Under the pieces are notes generated by a model that saw only the letters and a list, made by a program, of their open reading frames with translations, made no database searches and was not told where the DNA came from. Shown piece after piece: positions 17,815-26,807 of a DNA stretch of 64,000 nucleotides. A program made the position numbers and the translations under genes. The stretch lies in the NCBI GenBank assembly GCA_038825875.1, contig JAWBOS010000003.1:1786-65785 (forward strand), in the 5' to 3' direction. This DNA is from Candidatus Woesearchaeota archaeon. GTDB lineage: Archaea > Nanobdellota > Nanobdellia > Woesearchaeales > JAWBMQ01. Position 1 is the first letter of the stretch. Each line of letters opens with the position of its first letter.

Positions 17815-18243
17815 GTGATTAGAAATATGAGAAGGAAAATTGATAATGAACTTTTGAATTCGATAAATGTGTTTTTGAATGTTTCGAATGCAAAGTTGAA
17901 GGATTGCTTCAATTATGAAGGAGTAATATATTTTATTGTTGATGAAGGAGAATTGGGTAAAGCAGTTGGATTAAAAGGAGTTTTTGCTAAAACAATTCGA
18001 GAGAGATTAAAGAAAAATATAAAAATTGTAGAATTTTCAAAAGATCCAGTAAAATTTATAAAAAATTTTTTGCTCCCAATTCAGGTTGATGATATATTTA
18101 TTCAAGATAATGTGATTTATGTTGTTCAATTAGACAAGTTTCAAAAAGCAAAGATCATAGGAAAACAGAAGAAGAATCTAAATTTAATGAATGAGTTAGT
18201 AAAACAATATTATGGTCCTAATTTGAGTGTGTATGTTAAGTAA
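17815..18243 (+). CDS. nusA: Archaeal NusA-like KH-domain transcription termination/antitermination factor
   Basis: 142 aa, the size of archaeal NusA (two KH domains), with VGLKGVFAKTIRE and KIIGKQKKNLN GxxG-like loops. The placement is conserved, in the order rpl30e, nusA, rps12, rps7. Confidence 0.65.
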   Translation: MIRNMRRKIDNELLNSINVFLNVSNAKLKDCFNYEGVIYFIVDEGELGKAVGLKGVFAKTIRERLKKNIKIVEFSKDPVKFIKNFLLPIQVDDIFIQDNVIYVVQLDKFQKAKIIGKQKKNLNLMNELVKQYYGPNLSVYVK

Positions 18244-18293
18244 AGATTTATGAAATTAGTGGTTATGCAGTGCTTATCAAAAGTCATTGGTGA

Positions 18294-18737
18294 TTGAAAA
18301 TGGGAAAGAAAACGAATGGTTTTTTTGCAGGTAAAAAATTACTTATGAGAAGAAAGAAATTTAGATATAATGATACAAGATATATTAAGAGAATATTCAA
18401 GATTAAGAAAAAAGTTGATCCTCTGGAAGGATCGCATCAAGCAAGGGGTATTGTTCTTCAGAAAGTGGAAATTGAGGCTCGTCAGCCATGTTCCGGTTTA
18501 AGAAAGGCTGTGAAAGTTCAACTAATTAAAAATAAGAAAGTTATAACTGCACTATTACCAGGAGATAGAGCTACTAGTTTTGTGGATGAACATGATGAAG
18601 TTTTAGTAGAATGTATTGGTGGAAAACAAGGAAGAGCAATGGGGGATGTTCCAGGAGTTAGATGGAAAGTTATAAAGGTTAATGATCAATCCTTAGAAGC
18701 ATTGAGAAAAGGAAAAATACAAAAGGCAAGAAAATAA
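18294..18737 (+). CDS. rps12: Ribosomal protein S12 (uS12)
   Basis: The S12/S23 signature [27 protein letters not shown]...[27 protein letters not shown] is present. Confidence 0.9.
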   Translation: MKMGKKTNGFFAGKKLLMRRKKFRYNDTRYIKRIFKIKKKVDPLEGSHQARGIVLQKVEIEARQPCSGLRKAVKVQLIKNKKVITALLPGDRATSFVDEHDEVLVECIGGKQGRAMGDVPGVRWKVIKVNDQSLEALRKGKIQKARK

Positions 18738-18738
18738 G

Positions 18739-19347
18739 GTGGAAAAAATGGACTCATTCAAAGTGTTTGGAAAGTGGAGTATTGATGAAGTAGAACTAAC
18801 AGATCCAGGATTAAAAGATTACCTTTCATTGAAATCTCAGCACTATCTGAGTAGCTTTGGAAGATTGGGACATATAAGATTTTATAAGGCATATATGAAT
18901 CCAGTTGAGAGATTAATAAACAAATTAATGATTCCGGGGCATAAGGGTAAAAAACATTTCATTACTTCAAGGCATTTTGCTGGTAAAAAATTGAAAGCAA
19001 TGAAAATTGTAAAGAAAGCTTTTGAGATAATTGAAAAAGAGAAGAAGAAAAATCCTGTTGTTGTTTTTTATAGAGCAATTGAAAATGCAGCACCTTGTGA
19101 GGAAATAACTACAATTGAATATGGTGGAGCAAGATATCCTAAGGCAGTTGATTGTAGTCCTGTTAGAAGAATAGATTTGGCATTGAGATTTTTTATTCAG
19201 TCGGCATATCAGAGAGCTTTTAATAGCAAAAAAAAGATATATCAAACGTTGGCTGAAGAAATTATGAATGCTTATGATAATAACACTCAAAGTATGGCTA
19301 TTGTGAAAAGGCAAGAATTGGAGAAACAAGCAGATGCTTCAAGATAA
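18739..19347 (+). CDS. rps7: Ribosomal protein S7 (uS7)
   Basis: 202 aa, immediately after rps12. The S7/S5e-like C-terminal region (AIENAAPCEEITTIEYGGARYPKAVDCSPVRRIDLALR) is present. Confidence 0.85.
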   Translation: MEKMDSFKVFGKWSIDEVELTDPGLKDYLSLKSQHYLSSFGRLGHIRFYKAYMNPVERLINKLMIPGHKGKKHFITSRHFAGKKLKAMKIVKKAFEIIEKEKKKNPVVVFYRAIENAAPCEEITTIEYGGARYPKAVDCSPVRRIDLALRFFIQSAYQRAFNSKKKIYQTLAEEIMNAYDNNTQSMAIVKRQELEKQADASR

Positions 19348-19435
19348 TCCTTTCTTTTCTAATTATTTTTTGCTTATTTCTGCTAAATTTGATTAAGAAA
19401 ATATTTAAAAAGGATACATATTTTCAACAATTAAG

Positions 19436-19915
19436 ATGATTGAGCGTACATTGGTTTTAATAAAACCTGATGGAATTGAGAGAGGTTTAATTGGAAAAAT
19501 TATTGAAAGATTTGAAAATGTAGGCTTGAAAATTGTTGCAGCAAAAATGGTAAAGATTGATCAAGAGTTTGCAAGAAAGCATTATTGGGAGCATGTGGAA
19601 AAACCATTTTATCAATTTATAGAAAAGTACATTACCTCAGGACCAGTTTTGGCTTTGGTTTTAGAGGGATTGCATGCAGTAGAAGTTGTTAGAAAATTAG
19701 TAGGCCCGACAGAACCAAGAAAAGCACAACCAGGAACAATAAGAGGAGATTTTTCGCATGTAAGTTATGCGTATGCAGATAACAAGAAAATGGCAGTTAA
19801 GAATTTAATTCATGCAAGTGATAGCCTAGAAAATGCTAAATATGAGATTAGTTTGTGGTTCAAACCTGAAGAAATTATAGAGTACGAATCTGTTCATGAA
19901 AAGCATATTTTTTAA
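19436..19915 (+). CDS. ndk: Nucleoside diphosphate kinase
   Basis: ERTLVLIKPDG, the catalytic His context NLIHASDS, and a size of 159 aa all fit NDK. Confidence 0.9.
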   Translation: MIERTLVLIKPDGIERGLIGKIIERFENVGLKIVAAKMVKIDQEFARKHYWEHVEKPFYQFIEKYITSGPVLALVLEGLHAVEVVRKLVGPTEPRKAQPGTIRGDFSHVSYAYADNKKMAVKNLIHASDSLENAKYEISLWFKPEEIIEYESVHEKHIF

Positions 19916-19937
19916 TCAACCCTTGTGAGGTGAATAA

Positions 19938-22112
19938 ATGGCAAAATTGATGATTGATAGAATAAAAGAAATTATGAATATGCCAGAAAGGATAAGAAAT
20001 ATGGGAATTATTGCGCATATAGACCATGGAAAAACTACACTGAGCGATAATCTTATAGCAGGAGCTGGAATGATTTCCAAGGAATTAGCTGGTCAGTTAT
20101 GTGTTCTAGATTTTCATGAAGATGAAAAAGAGAGAGGAATTACTATTGATGCAGCAAATGTCTCTATGTTGCATACACTTGAAGGACAGGATTATTTGAT
20201 TAATTTAATTGATACTCCAGGACATGTAGATTTTGGAGGAGACGTTACAAGAGCAATGCGTGCTGTAGATGGAGCAGTTGTTGTTTGTTGTGCTGTTGAA
20301 GGAACTATGCCACAAACAGAAACTGTGTTAAGACAAGCTTTAAGAGAAAGAGTTAAACCAATACTTTATATAAATAAGGTTGATAGGTTGATCAGAGAGA
20401 TTAAATTAACTCCAGAAAAGATGCAGGAAAGGTTCATGGAAATAATTAGAAAAGTTAATCAATTAATTTACAGATATGCACATCCTGAGTTTAAAGAAAA
20501 GTGGCAAGTTAATGTTAATGATGGTTCTGTAGTTTTTGGTTCTGCATTTCATAATTGGGCATTGAGTGTGCCTTACATGCAAAAGAATAAAATAACTTTT
20601 AAGGAAATTATTGATGTTTATTTGTCTCAAGAGGAACAAGCAAAAAATATACTCAGAGATAAAGCTCCTCTGCATGTTGTATTATTGGATTCTGTAATTA
20701 GACATTTTCCAAATCCGAAAGAAGCTCAATCTTATAGAGTTCCGCACTTGTGGAAAGGAGATTTGGATACTGAAGAAGGAAAGGCCTTAATAAGCTGTGA
20801 TCCTAATGGACCTGCTGTTTTTGTAGCTACAAAAATAGTTATTGATCCACATGCTGGAGAAGTTATTACTGGAAGGCTTTTTAGCGGAAGACTTAGGCCA
20901 GGTATGGAAGTTGTTCTCTTAAAAACTAACTATCCAAAATATAGATTACAACAAGTTTTTATTTCCAACGGACCAAAGAGAGAATTGGTTGATGAGGTAT
21001 TGGCTGGAAATATAGTTGGAATTACAGGTGTTAAGGATTGTTTTGCTGGAGACACAGTAGCCTCTAAGGTAATGCAACCATTTGAAGAAATAAAACATAT
21101 ATTTGAACCAGTTGTTACCAAGGCAATCTCAGCAAAAAAACCTGGAGATTTGCCTAAGTTGGTAGAAGTTCTTAAACAGGTTCATAAAGAAGATCCATCA
21201 TTAAGAATTGAAATTAATGAGGAAACTGGACAACATCTTATCTCAGGGATGGGAGAGTTGCATTTGGAAGTGATTGAAAATCGTATAAAAAGGGAGAAAA
21301 ACGTAGATGTAGTTACATCTTCACCAATTGTTGTTTATAGGGAAACTGTTAGAAAAGAATCACCAGTTGTCGAAGGAAAAACTCCAAACAAGCACAATAA
21401 ATTCTACATTAAGGTTCAACCTTTAGAACCCAAATTACTCGATGTTGTGAGAGAATTGCCCAATCAAAGGGTAAAAAAATTTGATCAATTCTTAATTGAT
21501 GCATTGCAAAAAGGAGGAATGAGTTATGATGAGGCAAAGAGAGTAAAAGCAATAAATAACGCAAATATATTAGTAGATGCTACAAGAGGAATCATTCATT
21601 TGGATGAAGTTATGGAAATGATATTAGACATGTTTGAAGATGTGATGAAACAAGGACCATTGGCTAGAGAGCCTGGATTTGGAATAAAAGTTGTTTTAGT
21701 TGATGCAGTACTACACGAAGATTCAATTCACAGAGGACCAGCTCAAGTTTATCCTGCGGTTAGAGATGCAATAAAACAAGCAATGCTTCAAGCAGACCCT
21801 GTTTTGTACGAACCAGTTCAGATAATGCAATTTGAAGCACCACCAGAATTTATAGGAGCAATAACTAAGTTAATATCCTCAAAGAGGGGAATGATTTTAA
21901 CAATGGATCAGGGGGATTATCATGCAGTGATTCAAGCTAAGTTGCCAGTGGCAGAAACATTTGGATTAAGTAGTGAATTTAGGTCTGCAACAGGAGGAAG
22001 GGGTAGTTTTTTTGTAGTAGATCAGATGTTTGAATTACTACCATTAGAATTGCAAGATAAGATAATAAAGCAGATCAGAGATAGAAAGGGATTAGTAGAA
22101 GGCCAATTGTAA
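19938..22112 (+). CDS. fusA: Translation elongation factor 2 (aEF-2)
   Basis: 724 aa. The G1 motif AHIDHGKTTLSD and the G3 motif DTPGHVDF are present. The diphthamide-target loop DAVLHEDSIHRGPAQ carries the conserved His. Confidence 0.93.
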   Translation: MAKLMIDRIKEIMNMPERIRNMGIIAHIDHGKTTLSDNLIAGAGMISKELAGQLCVLDFHEDEKERGITIDAANVSMLHTLEGQDYLINLIDTPGHVDFGGDVTRAMRAVDGAVVVCCAVEGTMPQTETVLRQALRERVKPILYINKVDRLIREIKLTPEKMQERFMEIIRKVNQLIYRYAHPEFKEKWQVNVNDGSVVFGSAFHNWALSVPYMQKNKITFKEIIDVYLSQEEQAKNILRDKAPLHVVLLDSVIRHFPNPKEAQSYRVPHLWKGDLDTEEGKALISCDPNGPAVFVATKIVIDPHAGEVITGRLFSGRLRPGMEVVLLKTNYPKYRLQQVFISNGPKRELVDEVLAGNIVGITGVKDCFAGDTVASKVMQPFEEIKHIFEPVVTKAISAKKPGDLPKLVEVLKQVHKEDPSLRIEINEETGQHLISGMGELHLEVIENRIKREKNVDVVTSSPIVVYRETVRKESPVVEGKTPNKHNKFYIKVQPLEPKLLDVVRELPNQRVKKFDQFLIDALQKGGMSYDEAKRVKAINNANILVDATRGIIHLDEVMEMILDMFEDVMKQGPLAREPGFGIKVVLVDAVLHEDSIHRGPAQVYPAVRDAIKQAMLQADPVLYEPVQIMQFEAPPEFIGAITKLISSKRGMILTMDQGDYHAVIQAKLPVAETFGLSSEFRSATGGRGSFFVVDQMFELLPLELQDKIIKQIRDRKGLVEGQL

Positions 22113-22132
22113 TTCGGATCTTACATCTTTTT

Positions 22133-22528
22133 TTATTTCCTTATTGTTTCCATTTTCTTTCTATCTTGTTTATCATTCATGATATCTTTTATGTCTATGA
22201 ATCTTTCTTTAAAATTGATAATTTTATTGTTTATTACTCCAATACCTTCTCTTTTTAGGTTTCTCTTTTTTAATGATAACATTTTTTTAGATGTTGAGTT
22301 GAAATAACCTCCAATTTCACCGTTGCTTTTTACTATCTTATAACAGGGAGCATTAGTTTTATTCATCCCAAGTAATTTTCCAACAAAACGAGGCGATAGG
22401 TTTAGATAATTTCCTAAACTTTTGTATGTACTTACCTTACCTTTTGGAATCTTCTTTAGAATTTTGACTATTTTCTCAAGTAATTCTTTTTTACATTCTT
22501 TAGATTTTTCGTTAACTGATATTTTCAT
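22133..22528 (-). CDS. ogt: Methylated-DNA-protein-cysteine methyltransferase (MGMT/Ogt) DNA-binding-domain protein
   Basis: 131 aa. VSTYKSLGNYLNLSPRFVGKLLGMNKTNAPCYKIV matches the MGMT C-domain, with the active-site PC(H/Y)(R/K)VV cysteine present (PCYKIV). Confidence 0.7.
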   Translation of the reverse strand: MKISVNEKSKECKKELLEKIVKILKKIPKGKVSTYKSLGNYLNLSPRFVGKLLGMNKTNAPCYKIVKSNGEIGGYFNSTSKKMLSLKKRNLKREGIGVINNKIINFKERFIDIKDIMNDKQDRKKMETIRK

Positions 22529-22542
22529 TTGAGTTTGACTTT

Positions 22543-25029
22543 TTATTTTTTAATTCTACTTATTCCATTGCTTTTTTCAACATAAATAATATTATCTACA
22601 AAACTTTCAATATCCTGTTCATGACTTACAATTATTACTTGTGAAAACATAAGTTCTTTTAGTATGTCTCTTACTTTTTCTAATTGTTCTTTGCTAAATC
22701 CATCAGTAGGTTCATCTAGAATTATTATATTTTCCTTTATGCCAAAATAGTTAAGAATAGTTTCATTGAGTGCAAGTCTATATGCTAGTGAACAAGCAGT
22801 TTTCTCTCCACCAGAAAGATCTTCAAAGTCAATATTATAACCATTTTGTTCAACTACTACGCTGAAATCTTCATCTAATCTAGAAATTAGTAGTTCATTG
22901 TCTATCAATTTATCAAACCATTTTCTGTAAAGTTCATCAAAGTCCTTTAAAATTTGTAATCTTATATGTGTTTCAATATTTTCAGTTAGCGGCATGAAAA
23001 AAGTTTCAAAATATCTAAGTAAATTTTCAAGTAATTCATACTTTTCTTTTTCTTTTTCGAGTCGATTTATTTCATTTATAATGTCTCTATTTAATTCAAA
23101 CAGATTTTTTATCATTCCTCTTAGCTCCGCTATTTCACTAATTACCTTGCTTTCCTTTTCTTCAAATTCAAGTTTACTGTTTTTTAAATTAGATTTAGTC
23201 TGTTGCACTTGATTTAGAGTTTCTTCAATATTGAGTTTTTCCAATACTTCTATCTGAGAAATTATATTTTCTTTATCTTTTTTATAAGCCTCAATCTTCT
23301 TTTTTGATAATTCCATTTCATTTAATAGATACTTCAGATGTTCTGATAACTCTTGAAGTCTTATTTCTATCTTTTCTTTTTCTTGGATTTTTTCAAGTTC
23401 TTTTCTACTAAGCAAGATCTCTTGTTTAATTCCATCAAAATCAGTCATTTTTAACACTTGTAAAATTTTTTTATATTTTTCTAAAAGAGATGAGTTTTTT
23501 TGAATTTCATTTTTTATTTCTTTTATTTCTAGTATCTGTTTTTCAAGTTGTTCTTTTTTTGCAAGAAGAATCTTGGATTCGTTTATTCGCTGTATTAGAT
23601 TGTTTATGTTCTTTCTTTTTCTTTCTATTTCATTTTCTATTTCATTCTTTTCAAATTCTAACTTTTTAAGTTTTTCATTTTCACTATTGATGAAATCATT
23701 AAACTCAGATTTTATTTTTGATTTATGAGTAGGATCAATTCTTTGTAAGCATAGTGGACAGGTTTGAAGATTTTCAATATTTTCTATAACCTTTTCTTTT
23801 TCATTAATTCTATTTTTAGATTGGAAAAAGAGATCTTTTATTTCATTTAGTCTATTTTGAAGAGATTCAAGTTCCATTTCCTCTTTTTTATGAGTTGTTT
23901 CAAGTTCGGAAACATTTTCAAGTTGAGAATTTAGCTTGATCAATTCTTCGTTAATTATTGGTTCTTCAGATAATCTTTTTTCGAGATATTCTTGCTTAAC
24001 TTCGATCTCTTTTATGTATTTTTCAGTTTCAAAAATTTGATTTTTTTTCTCTTCGAGAAATTTCTCCTTTTCTTCAATGTCTTTCAAAAGAAGCTCTTTT
24101 GATTTTTCAATATGAAGATTTTCATTTAGTAATTTTAACTTATTTATTTCATCTTCAATTTTTGACCTCTTATTTTCAGATATACTTAACTTTTCTTCTA
24201 ATTCTAAAATTTCCTTTTCAATAGTTCTTTGTTTTTCTAGAAGATTATCCTTTTCTATTTTCATCTTTAAGAATTTTGTTTCTTCATCTAATGTTTTTTC
24301 TAATTCTTTTGAGATTGACTGAATTTTTTCTTTTAATATAATTTGTTCGGACAGCAGTGAATTTAATTTTCGTTGATATTCTTCAATTTTGAGGGAATTG
24401 TTGGCAACCTTTTCTTTTAATTCAGGTAATTTTTTAGTGGACTCTGTTATTCCCTTTAAAACAGATCTTAAATATGGTAATATTATTTTTCGTAGATTCT
24501 CTCTCATAATTTCATATTTGTCAATTGAAAAAACTTTTCTAATTACACTTAAACGTTCATCAGATTTACTTCTTAAAATTTCCTTCATGGATTCCTGAGG
24601 TGTGTAGATCGTAAATCTAAATAGTGGTAAATAATCTTTTTTCAAAAATTCAAGCGGATAATTTAAAAGTTTGAAAATGAAGTATTTTGCTTCAACAGGT
24701 GAAAGATATGTTTCATTATTGTTTACAACTATTTTTACATTTTTTTGTTCGTAATTCTTGTTTTTTCTAATAATTGTTCTTTCAATGACTACTTCTTTGC
24801 CATTATGAATAAAATGTAAAACAATTTTACCTTCGCTTGTACCAACTCTCAGAAGTTTTTGATATGTTAGATCATTTACAAGGCCGAATAGTGCAAATTC
24901 TATTGCATAAAGAATAGTACTCTTTCCACTACCAATGTCTCCCTTAATCAAAGTACTGTTTAGAGGAAATTCTATAAATTCATCTACATAACTTCTGATA
25001 TTCTGGAGTTTTAAACTCTTTAGTATCAT
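22543..25029 (-). CDS. rad50: Rad50-like SMC-family DNA double-strand-break repair ATPase
   Basis: 828 aa. The Walker A motif GDIGSGKST is N-terminal. A long coiled coil carries a central CxxC zinc hook (TCPLCLQRI). The C-terminal signature LSGGEKTACSLAYRLAL and the Walker B motif IIILDEPTDGF are present. Confidence 0.85.
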   Translation of the reverse strand: MILKSLKLQNIRSYVDEFIEFPLNSTLIKGDIGSGKSTILYAIEFALFGLVNDLTYQKLLRVGTSEGKIVLHFIHNGKEVVIERTIIRKNKNYEQKNVKIVVNNNETYLSPVEAKYFIFKLLNYPLEFLKKDYLPLFRFTIYTPQESMKEILRSKSDERLSVIRKVFSIDKYEIMRENLRKIILPYLRSVLKGITESTKKLPELKEKVANNSLKIEEYQRKLNSLLSEQIILKEKIQSISKELEKTLDEETKFLKMKIEKDNLLEKQRTIEKEILELEEKLSISENKRSKIEDEINKLKLLNENLHIEKSKELLLKDIEEKEKFLEEKKNQIFETEKYIKEIEVKQEYLEKRLSEEPIINEELIKLNSQLENVSELETTHKKEEMELESLQNRLNEIKDLFFQSKNRINEKEKVIENIENLQTCPLCLQRIDPTHKSKIKSEFNDFINSENEKLKKLEFEKNEIENEIERKRKNINNLIQRINESKILLAKKEQLEKQILEIKEIKNEIQKNSSLLEKYKKILQVLKMTDFDGIKQEILLSRKELEKIQEKEKIEIRLQELSEHLKYLLNEMELSKKKIEAYKKDKENIISQIEVLEKLNIEETLNQVQQTKSNLKNSKLEFEEKESKVISEIAELRGMIKNLFELNRDIINEINRLEKEKEKYELLENLLRYFETFFMPLTENIETHIRLQILKDFDELYRKWFDKLIDNELLISRLDEDFSVVVEQNGYNIDFEDLSGGEKTACSLAYRLALNETILNYFGIKENIIILDEPTDGFSKEQLEKVRDILKELMFSQVIIVSHEQDIESFVDNIIYVEKSNGISRIKK

Positions 25030-25735
25030 TTTTAAATTTAATTAGTTTGATTAAACCTCTAAATACATCACTCTCATCAGAGAGGACTATTTTAAATGGT
25101 TTTTTGAATTCTTTCTGTATTTTTAAGTATTTTGTTAATTCCTTTCTTCTTTGATAAACAAAAAACCCGATAGACCCATGTAAAACTAATTTGTCAAAAA
25201 AGAAGATATACCATAAACATTCTATGATTTTTGCAACCTTTCTTAAGAACTCTTGTTCTTCCTTTTTTGTTAAGTCTTCAAATTTTTTTCCATTTCTGAA
25301 TTTTTCTAATAGCTCTTTTTCGAGTTCAGTTTTACCAGTGTTTATATGTCCAATCTCTCCAAAGTTCCCGTTAAGAAGTGTTCCACGATATACACATCCA
25401 ACTCCAATTCCAGTTCCTAAGATAAGTGCAACAATCGTTTCTTTTCCATGGGAATGTGCCAGAGCAATTAAATTAGCATCATTTTCAGAGACAATAGATT
25501 TTTTGATTTTTAGCTTAATATTTTTGTTTGGTATTAAGACTAATTTGGACGTTTTATCTTCCTTTAAAACGATACCTGCATAAGATATTCCCTCGATCCT
25601 TCTGTATTTATTTATTAGGTAAACTATTTTTTTAATAGATGTTTTATTATATTCAATTTTTTCAATAATCTTTTCCTTTTTTGCTAAGCGAAAATAGGTT
25701 CCGCCAAAGTCTAAAAGATACATCTTTCGATTCAC
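24980..25735 (-). CDS. ROK/glucokinase-like sugar kinase family protein (ASKHA fold)
   Basis: The N-terminal LLDFGGTYFRLA resembles the phosphate-1 motif. LILGTGIGVGCVYRGTLLNGNFGEIGHI matches the ROK signature. The CxCGxxGC zinc motif is absent. The 3' end overlaps the rad50 start by 50 nt. Confidence 0.5.
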   Translation of the reverse strand: MNRKMYLLDFGGTYFRLAKKEKIIEKIEYNKTSIKKIVYLINKYRRIEGISYAGIVLKEDKTSKLVLIPNKNIKLKIKKSIVSENDANLIALAHSHGKETIVALILGTGIGVGCVYRGTLLNGNFGEIGHINTGKTELEKELLEKFRNGKKFEDLTKKEEQEFLRKVAKIIECLWYIFFFDKLVLHGSIGFFVYQRRKELTKYLKIQKEFKKPFKIVLSDESDVFRGLIKLIKFKNDTKEFKTPEYQKLCR

Positions 25736-25859
25736 TATAGAGTATTATATATTTAAATTCTTCTTTTTTGAATTATTTTTAAAGGTAATTTGAGATGTCA
25801 TTATTTTTAAATTCATAGTAGAAACTTTTATATATCACTTTTTTCCTACTTGCCTAACC

Positions 25860-26021
25860 ATGGCAAAATTCGATGACAAAAACAAAAAGAAAAAGAAAGA
25901 AGAGTTTGAAGATGAGGAATTTGAGGAGGAATTTGAAGAATCAGATTTAGAAGAAGATTACGAAGAAGATTATGAAGATTATTCAGATGAGGACTGGGAT
26001 GAGGATTGGGAAGAGGAATAA
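25860..26021 (+). CDS. Unannotated 53-aa hyper-acidic small protein
   Basis: The plus-strand ORF ATG...TAA encodes MAKFDDKNKKKKKEEFEDEEFEEEFEESDLEEDYEEDYEDYSDEDWDEDWEEE, which is over 60% D/E. TTTTATATAT lies 25-34 nt upstream of the ATG, which suggests a leaderless transcript. The ORF is below the track's 60-aa cutoff. The opposite-strand ORF at 25846..26028 is its low-complexity shadow. Confidence 0.5.
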   Translation: MAKFDDKNKKKKKEEFEDEEFEEEFEESDLEEDYEEDYEDYSDEDWDEDWEEE

Positions 26022-26102
26022 ACATCAATCTTTTCTTTTTTAAGTTTTCTTTTGTTATTCTTGTTTTTTGTTTTTTCTTTATTTTTTCAGTTATTTGCTT
26101 GA

Positions 26103-26762
26103 TTATTTTTTGTTTTCATCTTTTATTCTTATTCTTGTCAATTCTAACAGTTCTAGATTAAAGTAAAGGATTTCTGAAGGAATTGGTTCATTAAGAAGAT
26201 ATTTTATAACAAAAGATGCAGCCAATGATGATAAAAACATCACTGCAGAATTCATCACGCCAACTTCATTTAATTTTTGAGGAATCTTATTTTTGTATAT
26301 TTTAAGTATAGAAGATTTTTGAGGAGTATATAAGTACACAAATCCATGATTTTTTTGAACAGAGGTAAACAAATAATCTCTTCTGTTGTCTAAGCAAAAT
26401 CTTGCTATTGCTATTTTTGTATTAATATCATCTGTGCAATCTACACACAAATCATTAAAAGGGATATCATTTAAGTTTGTTGAATCTACCTTTACTGGAA
26501 GAGTTTCAATATTTGAGAACTTTTTTAGTCGATTTTTTAAACAATCCACTTTTAATTTTCCAATTTCTTCTAAGAAATAGTTTTGTCTTTCAAGATTTGA
26601 TTCTTCAACAATATCATAATCGACTAATAGCAAATTTATACCAGCTTTTGCTAATAGTTCAGCAAGCCAACTTCCGGTTCCTCCACAGCCAATGATTGTT
26701 ACTTTCTTTTTTTCCAAATCTTGAAGATTGTTTTTATAGATTCTGGATTTTCGAGTGATCAT
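26103..26762 (-). CDS. ThiF/MoeB/E1-like adenylyltransferase family protein (minimal, 219 aa)
   Basis: The Rossmann nucleotide-binding loop VTIIGCGGTGSWLAELLAKAGINLLLVDYDIVEESNLERQ is typical of E1-like/ThiF proteins. Confidence 0.65.
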   Translation of the reverse strand: MITRKSRIYKNNLQDLEKKKVTIIGCGGTGSWLAELLAKAGINLLLVDYDIVEESNLERQNYFLEEIGKLKVDCLKNRLKKFSNIETLPVKVDSTNLNDIPFNDLCVDCTDDINTKIAIARFCLDNRRDYLFTSVQKNHGFVYLYTPQKSSILKIYKNKIPQKLNEVGVMNSAVMFLSSLAASFVIKYLLNEPIPSEILYFNLELLELTRIRIKDENKK

Positions 26763-26807
26763 ATTTAAGGAAAAACATTTAAAAGTTAAATATTTTACTT
26801 ACTGAAA

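Noticed and set aside
25846-26028. A minus-strand 60-aa ORF (MMFIPLPNPHPSPHLNNLHNLL...)
   Set aside because: Its low-complexity P/L/N-rich product mirrors the GA-rich plus strand. The plus-strand acidic-peptide ORF has a proper TATA box and start context, so the minus-strand ORF is judged to be the shadow.
25860-26762. The acidic peptide plus E1-like protein as a ubiquitin-like (SAMP/TtuB-type) conjugation pair
   Set aside because: The peptide lacks a C-terminal Gly-Gly and has no beta-grasp-like composition. The genes are convergent rather than co-transcribed. The association is recorded, but this specific hypothesis is not supported.
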